Below are positions 38,705-49,073 of a DNA stretch of 64,000 bases, piece after piece. Each line of letters begins with the position of its first letter. Within the stretch, counting starts at the first letter, position 1. Source of the DNA: Chrysomallon squamiferum (lineage: Eukaryota; Animalia; Mollusca); the NCBI GenBank assembly GCA_012295275.1, contig CM022672.1, positions 3,906,001 to 3,970,000 of the forward strand, given 5' to 3'. Both the position numbers and the translations under genes were made by a program. Under the pieces are notes generated by a model. That model did no database searches. It saw only the letters and a list, made by a program, of their open reading frames with translations, and was not told where the DNA came from.

Positions 38705-41700
38705 CATTATTATCATTATTATTGCCCCTTTTTATATGAAACTATCAGTTTCATTCTTCATGATTAATCTTGCATTTTTACTTCATTATTATTTTGTTTC
38801 CTGGTATTAGAAGCCTTTGATAAAATTAATTTTAGAACATTATTACATTAGAAAAGGTCTTGTAGTGCAGTGCTTCCTGTTCAGTTTGTTTCTAATCAAG
38901 ATATTTTGATGCCATTTTAACTGTTCTCTTTGAACATATCCTCAAGTGCATATCTGTTTTACTTTTACATCTTTCTGTTTTAAAAAAATAAAATAAAAAA
39001 TAACAAACAACACTATTTATTGTAAGACAAAGAACATCAAGAGTCTGTGAACGCAGACTGAAATACAAAATTAACAGAGAAATAATTATAATTAAACTTC
39101 TCTTGGAGACACTGATGCATCACTTCATCGTCCTTTTTGGTGTTTGACAAAGAAACAGGTCGAAAATGTCTGAGTTGCAGACGTCTTTGTTCAAGACGAC
39201 GTCAGGCCTGTGTCTGCTCTGATCAAATATTTTTGCAACGGCAGTGGCTGTTTTCATTGCTCTTCAGCCTATTGCATTTCCATCTTCAGCTGAGCTTGGC
39301 CATTTCACATTGTCACGTTTTCCATTCCATTGTGGCACTTTGCCATTGTGTACAGCACCGAGAGTTCATTTCAATTTGGTATAATGTTACCAATAATCTT
39401 TCCATTACACGATTGTTAAACGGGAGTTTTGCACACTGAGAGACGGCCAGTTGTAGAAATAACATTTTGTGAAATTTGCCTGTGTCGTACAAAAATGGCA
39501 AGATGAAATTTGTCGACCCAATCGGATTTTGTGTGTGCTTGAGATGAATGTAATTTACACAGCGAAATTGTCACCTTTTTAACCAGTCGGAATGGGAATT
39601 GCATTTACAGTGATTCACTGTTTAATTTTTTCGGTTTTCATTCGGATCTGAATCCTGTTCCAGTCTCATTCTGGAACAAATCTTTTGGCTTCAGATATCA
39701 CAGCCGGTCTGGTCTTTGTAATGTTGTGTCAACAGAAGTGTTCACTGCACTGATCAGCTTCAAAGACTCATCTGTAATTGGACTGTTATGTGGATTCCTT
39801 TCAATTAAAATTAAATCTTTTGTCTTCTTCTAACCTCTGCCCAAGACTGTAGGAATTAAGGTTTCATTTGTTCAACTTAGAAGCAATAATTCATGACAAA
39901 CTGATTGATGGAAAAATATTCATATAACTTTTTTTCCTTTTTCAGTATTATTGTTAGCTTTACATGAGATTTGATAGTTTAAAATGAAATTTAATGAAAT
40001 GATTTATCATTTCAGAATTTTTAATGGACATTGCAGCTGATTTGACTGAATACAAGATATTTTTTTTATAAATAACTTATTTTTAAATGGTTGTATTTTT
40101 CAGATGACAAAAATGGTATTGTAAAAGAAGATAATAATCTTTATCCTAAAACTCCTGAAGAGGATCTCCGAAAAGAAGGAGGTAAGTCATTTTTTTAATT
40201 TTTTAAATTTAACTTTTTGCTTTTTATTATTTTTTATTTTTTATTTTTTTGGTTTTATTAACCTATTCAGTTGATTTGTTCATGGATTCCTTTATTAAAA
40301 TCAAGTAATGGTTATAAAAAGTAGAGACAGGCAGATACACTCAAACTCACACACATACACATGCATGCACACACAGAGAGACTGCTAACGTGAAGGTACC
40401 AGAAAGATTTAAATATTACATATTTATCCATCTGCATCTAAATCTGAGTTCACTTGACTGATAAACAAATAGACACACAGAGAGCTAGATCTATACAGAG
40501 AGAAAGTGTCTCTTTGACTTGAAAACGGATGCACTCCCACACACACACATACACCAGATACCCTACAGACATACATTTAGGACTACACATACATTCAAAA
40601 ACAGAATTTTCCCTAAAATTCTCTCTCATCCTTATGACAGGCATACTTGGGGGATAATTTATCTGCTGGAAGAAAGCAAAAATCATCAGCCACATAATAA
40701 TTTATTAATAAGTTTTATTTTCCCCACAGCTCCGCCAGAGTTCACTGACTATGAGAAGATGAAGAAGAATGAGATCATGAGGCCCGTGGGCAGCTCGGTC
40801 AGACTCAAGTGCCGAGCCACAGGCAACCCTCGACCCCACATCGTCTGGTTCAAGGACGACATGCTGCTGGAGAACATCGCTGATGCGCTGCGACCACACT
40901 GGATTCTCAAGCTGCACAATCTGCAGGAAGCAGACACGGGTGACTACACATGCCACGTCAGTAACAGACTGGGTTCAATCAACCATACCTACTCCCTGGA
41001 AGTCGTTGGTAAGCAGGAATCCATGGTTACAGTGTATATATATATATATTTTTTTTTTTCTATTTACCAGTTATAGATTATTTGTATTGTGGTTCATGTT
41101 GGTTTGAAGGAAATGTTACTTTTTTATTATTTTTTTTTTATTAGAGGTGGGGTTTTTTGTTTGGTTTATCAGGGAAGGAGGTTTTTCACAATTTTTTTCA
41201 AATAATTATTGAACTGCATGTTATCTTAAAGAAGAGGTTAAAGTTTAAGATTTTATTTCTTATCCTCTATTCATTTTCTGTCAACTGCTTTAATTAAAAT
41301 AAATGTAATCATTAAGTCTATTTCAGATCATTTAAATTTTTTTTAAATACACTCACACCATTAATCCTTCTTCTAGCTGTTGTGACCAGAGCACTGGAAA
41401 AATGTCTCCATCATGATCTGTGGTTATTTTGTTCACACTATTAATTTATAAAACACATTTTAGAGCGAATCCAGAGCAAACCAGTGTTGATTCCTCCATA
41501 CCCCAAAAACACCAGCATAGAGTATGGGCAGACAGCTTCCTTCCAGTGCCATGTAAAGAGTGTTGTCCAGCCTCACATTCAGGTATTTTGTCACATGCAT
41601 TTTGTCAATATATCCCATTCCTGTCAGTGCTCTTACAATAATAAATTAGAAAAGCCAAAGCAATATGTGATAGAGATTACATCTAATATGTTTGGTTGTT

Positions 41701-42787
41701 AAAAACAAAAAATCATCTTAACCATTAATATTATTATCAGTATATTAAAATCTGTTGTTTATAAAATAATTATATAAATAGATTTTCTACCTTAAATTGA
41801 TATATGTATGGATATAATAATTATGGATTGCATTTGTTTTTGGTATAAATTAATACTCGGTTTTTATTTCTTTTTTTATTTTATTTTTATTTTTTTAATT
41901 CTAAAATTCCATTAATATAACCTATATATTAAAACTGATTAGTGCATGTTATAAAATTAATGTACAACATTAAATATTAAATATAACATATAAACATATA
42001 TAGAAAACTAGTAAATGTGATATTAAATTAATATTTATAATAACATAATATATTAAATCTAGTACGTATGTTATGAAAATTAATATTTGTAATAATAGCG
42101 TTACATTATTAAAACCATATTATAATATTAATGTATCTTAACTATACATTGAACTTGTGCACATGCTGTAAAATTAATGCATAACACTAAATACTGAAAA
42201 TAGCACATGTTTTACTCAATAAATATTTATAACAAAACTGTGTGTTATTACAACTATTAAAACATAAAATTTAACACCTCTGACTTCCAGTGGCTGAAGA
42301 GGGTGGAAGATGCTGATTCTGTGCACAACGTGAACACGACGATAGAGGTGAAGGGACAGAAGTTTGTGGTTCTGAAGACAGGTGAGGTGTGGACTCGCCC
42401 TGACGGGTCCTACCTCAACAAACTGGTCATTCAGCGAGTCACAGAGAGGCATTCTGGGATGTACATTTGTCTGGGGGCCAACAGTCGCGGGTACAACTTC
42501 CGCAGCGCTTATCTCACAATAAAACAACCAAGTATGTTTCAAATTTAGTTTAATGTGTTAAACTTCCTTCGTTTTTTTTTTTTAAAAAACATTCTGTATT
42601 CATGTACAATGTTTATGCTTGTGTATAAGTATTAAACTTCCTGGGTTTTTTTTAAAAAAACATACTCTATTCATGTAGAAGGTCTATTCTTGTGTATGAT
42701 AATATATTTATGAGAATAGGTGGAGAATTAAAAATTATTATCTTCATATATATATAAATATATATCAAGATAATAATTTTTTGTTGT

Positions 42788-42819
<32 letters not shown>

Positions 42820-43341
42820 TCTCTCTATATATATATACACACACACATATATATGTATACTGAATGTGTATATTTTTGGCTTATCTTGTATTGTAAATTT
42901 AATAAAATAACAAGAACATTCTTCAACCGAATTTCTAATAACTAAACTAAAAAATAATTTTGTTGTGTGTTTTACACAGGTCACATGGGAGTGCCCTACT
43001 CCAACACTGGAGGAAGCTCGTCAGACGGCGCCCAATCCAACCTACCTCTTTTCATAGGCGTGCCAGGCGTCATCGTCCTCATCGTAGTCATCATTGCCAT
43101 TGTTATACTGCAACGTCGGCGACGGTGCAACGCCACGGCGCGTGGCCTCAAGGTGCAGCGGATAGCTGTGCCCACGCACGACAAAGACTTTTACACAAAC
43201 TACCACAACTCCAACATTCTGCAGACCAGCAGAGAGAAAATTCCAAAGATGTCCACCCAGAGTTTAGATTTTTACTCAGACAATATCTCATCCGTGTCAC
43301 GCAGTCAGCAACACAGTCACCAGCACATGTACAGCTACTGA
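20226..43341 (+). CDS. FGFRL1: Fibroblast growth factor receptor-like 1 (FGFRL1/FGFR5/nou-darake family), spliced, 5' signal-peptide exon not located
   Basis: Exons 20226-20501, 40104-40181, 40730-41008, 41464-41582, 42291-42531 and 42980-43341 have AG/GT boundaries and compatible phases (1,1,1,1,0,1), giving one frame of ~451 codons to TGA. The product has three Ig domains, a TM helix and a short tail with no kinase. Diagnostic FGFRL1 stretches are [33 protein letters not shown] and [17 protein letters not shown], plus a His-rich C-terminus. Confidence 0.93.
21150..21900. repeat. Degenerate ~22-30 bp minisatellite (ACAGATA..GGATTTG)
   Basis: Many copies of CAGATA/TAAGGGATTT. Confidence 0.65.
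22340..22690 (+). mobile_element. Decayed tRNA-derived SINE (Meta/MESC-like core, from recall)
   Basis: B-box-like GGTTCAGTTC (22386), TGGGTTATTT, then ATCAAAGACCTTGGTATGTGCTGTCCT...GCATATAAAAG; the core is shared with copies at ~27.0 and ~37.27 kb. Confidence 0.55.
24685..25026. repeat. Recent triplication of a ~90-bp unit separated by (CA)n tracts
   Basis: Identical ATGTCACATACAAAGAATGAGG...CACATTTCAACAC at 24685, 24815 and 24931. Confidence 0.95.
26960..27129 (+). mobile_element. Decayed SINE, 3' half
   Basis: TAAAAGATGCCTAGCTGCT core, CTTAACCAT, ends in a (TTCC)n tail. Confidence 0.45.
31693..31880. repeat. Compound (AAT)n-(ATT)n-(ATC)n-(ATT)n microsatellite
   Basis: Read directly. Confidence 0.9.
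37140..37390 (+). mobile_element. Decayed SINE copy
   Basis: CATATAAAAGATCCTTTTGTTGCTAATC (37259-37286) matches the core at 22481 and 26991. Confidence 0.45.
38154..38200. repeat. (CA)n microsatellite
   Basis: Read directly; similar tracts at ~24.65, 27.35 and 32.37 kb. Confidence 0.95.
40104..40181 (+). CDS. FGFRL1: FGFRL1 78-nt acidic linker exon (missed by the ORF track)
   Basis: tttttcag|AT...GGAG|gtaagt, phase 1-1, 26 codons [26 protein letters not shown]. Its position between D1 and D2 matches the acid-box exon of FGFR/FGFRL1 genes. Confidence 0.85.
40730..41008 (+). CDS. FGFRL1: FGFRL1 exon, Ig-like domain D2
   Basis: cccacag|CT...GTTG|gtaagc; [43 protein letters not shown]...[25 protein letters not shown]. 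Confidence 0.93.
41464..41582 (+). CDS. FGFRL1: FGFRL1 exon, first part of Ig D3
   Basis: ttttag|AG...CAG|gtattt; [40 protein letters not shown]. Confidence 0.9.
42291..42531 (+). CDS. FGFRL1: FGFRL1 exon, second part of Ig D3
   Basis: ttccag|TGG...CCAA|gtatgt; WLKRVEDAD...[24 protein letters not shown]...[25 protein letters not shown]. Confidence 0.92.
42557..42700. repeat. ~75-bp diverged tandem duplication in the last FGFRL1 intron
   Basis: TTAAACTTCC-polyT-polyA-CAT..TATTCATGTA..CTTGTGTAT occurs twice. Confidence 0.7.
42980..43341 (+). CDS. FGFRL1: FGFRL1 last coding exon: stalk, TM helix, cytoplasmic Tyr/His tail
   Basis: acacag|GT; [25 protein letters not shown], stop-transfer QRRRR, DFYTNY and DFYSDNI motifs, ends [14 protein letters not shown]. 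Confidence 0.9.
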
Positions 43342-43752
43342 GACTTCGTAACAGACACAACATATCAGCATTGGCTTTATATATGTAAATATATGTATAT
43401 ATATATACGCCAATGAGATACAGTGTATGGTACACACTTTTGATTGTGTGTATGTCTGTCTGTGTGTTTGTCTGTGTGTCTGTGTGTGTGTTTGTGGCAA
43501 CTGCGATGCTTGTGTCAGTGTTGTGATATGATCCACTCAACTGGAAACAATTTGCACTCAGACTGGACTCCAGATTTCTGATGAGTGACAGAGGACTCAG
43601 TTTATAAAAGTCTTGCTGTGTTTTCCTACATTTTATGATTTTGATTTTGTACATTTTTGATTTTTTTTTTTTTTTTTTAATATTATTATTCATTGAAAAA
43701 CACTGACATTTTTTTTTTTTTTTCTTTATAATTGTGTATTCAAGACTTGACA

Positions 43753-43784
<32 letters not shown>

Positions 43785-44730
43785 AAAAAGAATGTAGAAG
43801 CAAGTGGAACATTCTTCTGGTCACTGTTGGTCATTTTAATGAACCGGACATTACAGTTTGACCTGCAGTATGGTCAGTTCTGTGGTATTTTAGGATGACT
43901 CTAGTGTACTTCTGTTTACTTTGTTTGTGGCGCCCAGTTCTGAGAAGGCAGCATGGACATTTGTTTCAAGTGCATTCATTATTTCCTGTAGAAAACATAA
44001 GCGTGAATTGCTAGTCAGTTTTAGAAAGAGAGAAGAAATATTGAATATGCCAGTGCAAAGGGCCACTGATATTAATAGCAGATTTTATTATTTTTGTCAT
44101 TTCTCAGATAATAGTTAAAAATTAGATAAAATGTGGTATTGCACCAAAAAAAAAAAAATTTCGAATATTAAAAATTATAAAAGACATTATTCAAATATAT
44201 ATATGTTTTTTATTATTATATTAAAAAAAAAAAAGTAGAAATAAATAACAGTGGATTATTTCAATCAAATATATACCGATTTCTCTGAAATAAAATTATC
44301 AATTCATCATGCTTTCCAACATTTTACCAAAACCACCAAATTAAGTCTGTCTATGCAAAAAACAACAACACACACACACACAAAAAAAAAAAAATCAAAC
44401 AACCAGAAAAACATTTAAAAGCCCAAACATATCATGCCTTTTAGTAAAAGTCGTATTTTGCCTTTTCTACGAAATGTTTTTTTTATACGAGTCGCCTTCA
44501 AAATGAGGCCTTGATCGCAGAGTGGATCGGACATTTTATATTCAGTGCTCGCCACAGCTCAGCAGTTGGCTCAGCACACATTTAGTGCTTTCATTGTAAA
44601 TATTTTAAATAAACAAAATTTGTTTTTGAAAAATCTGTATAATTTATTTTCCGCCATGTTTGTACAGTTAGTATATCTGTAACGGATGTGGTTACATAAG
44701 TGTTGTTGTATGTAAAGACTGAACTGTATC

Positions 44731-44735
<5 letters not shown>

Positions 44736-44782
<47 letters not shown>
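44736..44782. repeat. (GT)n microsatellite in the putative FGFRL1 3' UTR
   Basis: Read directly. Confidence 0.95.
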
Positions 44783-44784
<2 letters not shown>

Positions 44785-47700
44785 GTATGGGTCTCGATGA
44801 ATGAGAGAGTGCATGTCGCTATGGAAACAGGGTAAAACTGCAGATTTTTTTTGTATTTTGAATTGTTGTAATGTAAAAAGAGATGATTAATGTCAGGATT
44901 TTTTGTTTTATGTTTTAGCTTTTGTTTTGAGACAGTTTCGTAACCATCGAAAAGCACTAAGATTTTCTTTTTAAAAACACTGAACAAATTTTGAAAAAAA
45001 ACAAAATTTTCTAAAGCATAAAAATATTCATGTCAAACTTAAATTTCTTTGCACTATTTTATAGGATGAAAAGTAACAAGTTAGAATTTTTTCTTCTTTA
45101 TTTGTAAGTGTTGGGTTAAACATATATAAATATTATGTGTTATAAATAGAACTAAAAAAAAATATTTATATAAATATATATATATATATATATATAAATG
45201 CATCACTGTCACATATTTTTCATTACAAAACTATTACTTCAAGTGTTTTGCATTGTTTTGTCTTTTTTAGATATATTTTTGTTTTAGTTATTTTGGATTT
45301 TTTAAAAACTTTTAAAACATTTTATTATCAGGCTTTATTATAGTTGTATTTAAAGAAATAAATATAAATTTTTATTATTTAAATTATTCATTAATTAAAA
45401 CATTTTGTTTAAGATTTTTAAATCACATTTTTGTTAAAGATATTTGTGTGATTTTATAAAAACTTAATAGGAAAAAACAATAAAACAGTTTTTTCATTTT
45501 ACAAACTTTATATTGTCTTTATATTTATACTTTACCAGAAGCAACATGACATTTTCAATAGAAAATTATTTTAAATTAATATTCATGACTTTGATTTTGA
45601 GAAATAAGCTGTCTGTTCATTAAAATAATTAATACAAAATAACAAAGAATTACTTTCAAATAATTTATTATTTTAAACTAAACTGAAAGTATGATCTGTT
45701 TACATTTTAAGAAGAATGAACAAAATGCAAATCAAGTGAATCTTGGGTAAATATTCTTAGTCATTAGGCAGCAAAAACAGACTATTAATATTATTATTGT
45801 TGTTGTTTGACATTTAGCTTTTATAAAGACACTGAAAACTAAGAATCATACAAAGCTTACAAAATATTGAGGGTTTAAATGTGGGAAGAAGCTACGTGAA
45901 ATTTTGTTTTACTGTGAACAAATTTACATTTTATATTGTCTTTTTTGTTTTTTTTTTACTCTAGTAAAACAATTTTCATCTTTATGAAACAAGATGCTGT
46001 TTTATGTAGTATAACATATTTCTGCATTAATCTACCAATATGAGAAGACTTATTTTTAATTTTTTTAAATTTATTTATTTATTATTTTTAATACACATTG
46101 CCTCATTACAACCACTTTAGAAGTCTTAATATTACTTAATATCAGTTTTATCTGACTGACACATTTTTGGTTACAGTTTGGCAATCTAGTGACCTTGCCT
46201 TAAGTTTTGTTATTGTTGTTTGTGATGACATTCACAAAGAATTACTTCATATTGCTGAATTTTTTTATTACCATTTGATATTTGATGCCTTTAACTTGAA
46301 TAAGTTTTTTTTAAATTATTTTATTTTAAATGTCTTTAGGAAATGTCAGAATAGACCAGCACTGGGATTATGAATTTTAACACTGACTGTTTAGAAAATA
46401 GTTTTATTTTTTTTATATATTTTAAAAATAGTTTTCTTAAATGGTATTTCTTTTAATACATTTCAATAAAGTAGATATTAAATTATGTTAATTTATTTTA
46501 TTTTATTTATTGTTATTTTGTATTTTTTTATTATTATTATTATTATTTTCTTTTTACATTCCTGAAGTAGGGCATATAATTATGAAAATAAATTAGTTGT
46601 GAATTTTTATTCTTAAACATAACACTTTGTTTAAAAACAGTCTGCAATTCCATAAACATTTTAAATGTTTAGCCCCTTTTTTAATTTTTTTAATTTTGTG
46701 GACTGATATATAAAAATTGTTTATTCATTGAACTGTTTTTAGTGCATCAAAAGCTTTAAAAAGTAAAATGTTTGTTTTGTAGGATATTTCTTGTTTTATT
46801 TTATTTATTATTGTTTTAGGGGTTTTTTGGGGGTTTTTTGGTGGTTTTTTTGTTGCTTTTTTTCCAGAGATTTTTAAACATTTCATCTACCTCATCAATG
46901 AATATCAAAAGATAAAACTTATTACTTACATAAACGAATCAATGCTTGAAGTAGGTTCAGTTTTAGGCATTCAGCTTAATAAAGAATGTTAAATTTATGT
47001 AATTGTATAACTTTGCTTTTAATTTTTATTTTTTTTTTTTCTTCTTCTTCAACAAAATACATACAAGAAGGCATTTCTAATAACAATTCACGTGTTGCCT
47101 TTTTTTATAACCACAGGCCAATATAGGTAAAGAATTTTTAAATAATCATAATTTTCAGTACAAAAATATTTATTATAAATCTTGCTCATGCACAGGTTTT
47201 TTTCACAGATGTAAAGATTATTTGATAACAATTATTATTTCCCCCTTATCGTCATGTCTAAATCATCAACATTTCATTTTTCAAATACTTATATTTATGT
47301 CCATAAATGCAAATGATGACGTAAAACATTTTTTTTTTGCCAAACTCATTGTGGCTTATCTCCCTTGGACAAAAACTGAACAAACGAAAAAATGTATTCA
47401 GTGTCTTTTTCTTTCTTTTTTTTTAATAAAAAGAATTAACAAATATTCACCTTATCAAATTATTTTTTTTTTTAAATTTGATGTACAACACATTCAGGTT
47501 TCCAAAATCGAAAATCAACATCACAAATTGTTTTAATTTCTAAATTTTGTTTATATTACAATGTTTTTATTTTATTTAGAATTTGAAATTATTGGCAAAT
47601 GAACTTTTTTCTCTTTTTTTTTTTTCTGAAATGTGTTTTGCGTATTAAATTATTGTTATTTATTATTATTATCATCATCATTGATACAAAAATAAGCTCC

Positions 47701-47944
47701 ATTTTCTCTGTACATGATAAGTTTTAATACTTACTGATTCTATTTAATTTTTCTTTTTTTGTATATTTGACAGAACTAAACCACTGTACATACAAAACGT
47801 CCCAGCTTTAAGTAGTGACAATCACATGTCTGTCACATTGTTTTCACTAATGCTGCAGTCATGTGACAATGTCAGTATTAAAACATGTTTGCTGGGGTGT
47901 GGTATGAGCCACCTCCCTTGTGTACATATTTTGTCCTCAACGAG

Positions 47945-47950
47945 AATAAA
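47945..47950 (+). terminator. Candidate FGFRL1 polyadenylation signal
   Basis: AATAAA with an upstream TGTA and a downstream TTGTTGTTACTTGTTT GU-rich element, at the point where strand skew flips. Confidence 0.45.
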
Positions 47951-48108
47951 TATTTGATATCTACATTTGTTGTTACTTGTTTAAATAATTTAAAAAACGT
48001 TCATGTTGGAGCATGGGCCGGGTTTGCTAGTACAAACACAACAGACGTCAATACACCACAAAATTTGCAAACAATAAGAGCAAAACACAGAAAGTGGAAC
48101 TAAATTTC

Positions 48109-48114
48109 TTTATT
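48109..48114 (-). terminator. Candidate SMC3 distal polyadenylation signal
   Basis: Minus-strand AATAAA followed by a long GU/U-rich stretch (TTTCTGTGTTTTGCTCTTATTGTTTG...). Confidence 0.4.
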
Positions 48115-48645
48115 CAGAACACAGATGTAGAAACATGAATAATGGTGCTGCCTCAAGGATCCAAACATGATTTGCTTACAATTACATCTTCATGATTTCC
48201 ATATATTATTTATGCATGAAATTATTTTATCTTTTCAATAAAGTCTACTTAAATCAAACAGAAATGATGCTAGCACTGTGATACAGACTTAAGTACATCT
48301 TCTCGTACTGTGTGTATGTATAATAATAAATAACATCTTCACATTTCCTAAACATTATTTTACTTTTCTGCACAGTCTATTTTACTGTATATAATTATGA
48401 GATGTTTGATTAACAAAAAAATAAGCTAAATTCTATGCATCCATATAGGACTCATATGGGTACAGTTTGTTCTTTGCTTAGTGAAAGATGAAATAAATAG
48501 AAAATGTTTTTGTAATTACAAACTTTCAGAGAAAAAGCAATTGTTAAAACAATAAAAGATTACCTATGAAATGATCTGTAAAGATGATTCTGGAAGAATC
48601 TGATAATGAAAACATTACTAGTTTACTAGTTAAACTCAGCCTGAA

Positions 48646-49073
48646 AGGAATGCTCAGGCCACACGTGAGATTTATATGCTAAATAAAAATGCATTTCTGG
48701 TGTTTTAATAGAGAACAAATTTTAAAATATTCAAATTACAGGATAAATCATTTTAAAAATCTTTTCTTTCACAGAAGTAGACATTAGGTGTTCTTCTGAC
48801 AGACTCTGTCCCATTACATCCAACAGAAACAACAAACTATCAGATAAAATGTTAATTAAGAAAACAGGATTATCAAAAACAGTAAAATATCTTTGTGACA
48901 AATGGGCAGTAACACAATATATAAATAACATTTGTCAAAATAAGTTCAGTAGGTGAATTGGCTAATAATTCCAGTTTTATACCTGATCTAAAAATTAATT
49001 AAGAAATAATGTGTTCATCATGTGATGATACTGAACATGTACAGAAACTCTGAAATGTGGCCTGAATATTCCT
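48646..49073. mobile_element. Possible old MITE (~430 bp) downstream of the SMC3 stop
   Basis: Inverted repeats AGGAATGCTCAGGCCACA (48646-48663) and TGTGGCCTGAATATTCCT (49056-49073), 16/18 match; target-site duplication unclear. Confidence 0.45.

Noticed and set aside
39696-39718. TATCACAGCC, a miR-2-like 5' end (also CATCACAGC near 35403)
   Set aside because: No complementary arm at pre-miRNA distance, and the 3' half does not match miR-2
20226-43341. Canonical FGFR tyrosine kinase or another IgCAM
   Set aside because: The stop comes ~75 aa after the TM, no kinase exons lie before SMC3, and the D3 and tail motifs are FGFRL1-specific
43339-43420. Stop-codon readthrough or selenocysteine at the FGFRL1 TGA
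   Set aside because: TGA-G is not a leaky context, the extension runs into TA repeats, and no SECIS was recognised
43148-43753. 201-aa antisense ORF over the FGFRL1 tail
   Set aside because: Built from poly-T and (GT)n tracts plus the antisense of a GC-rich exon
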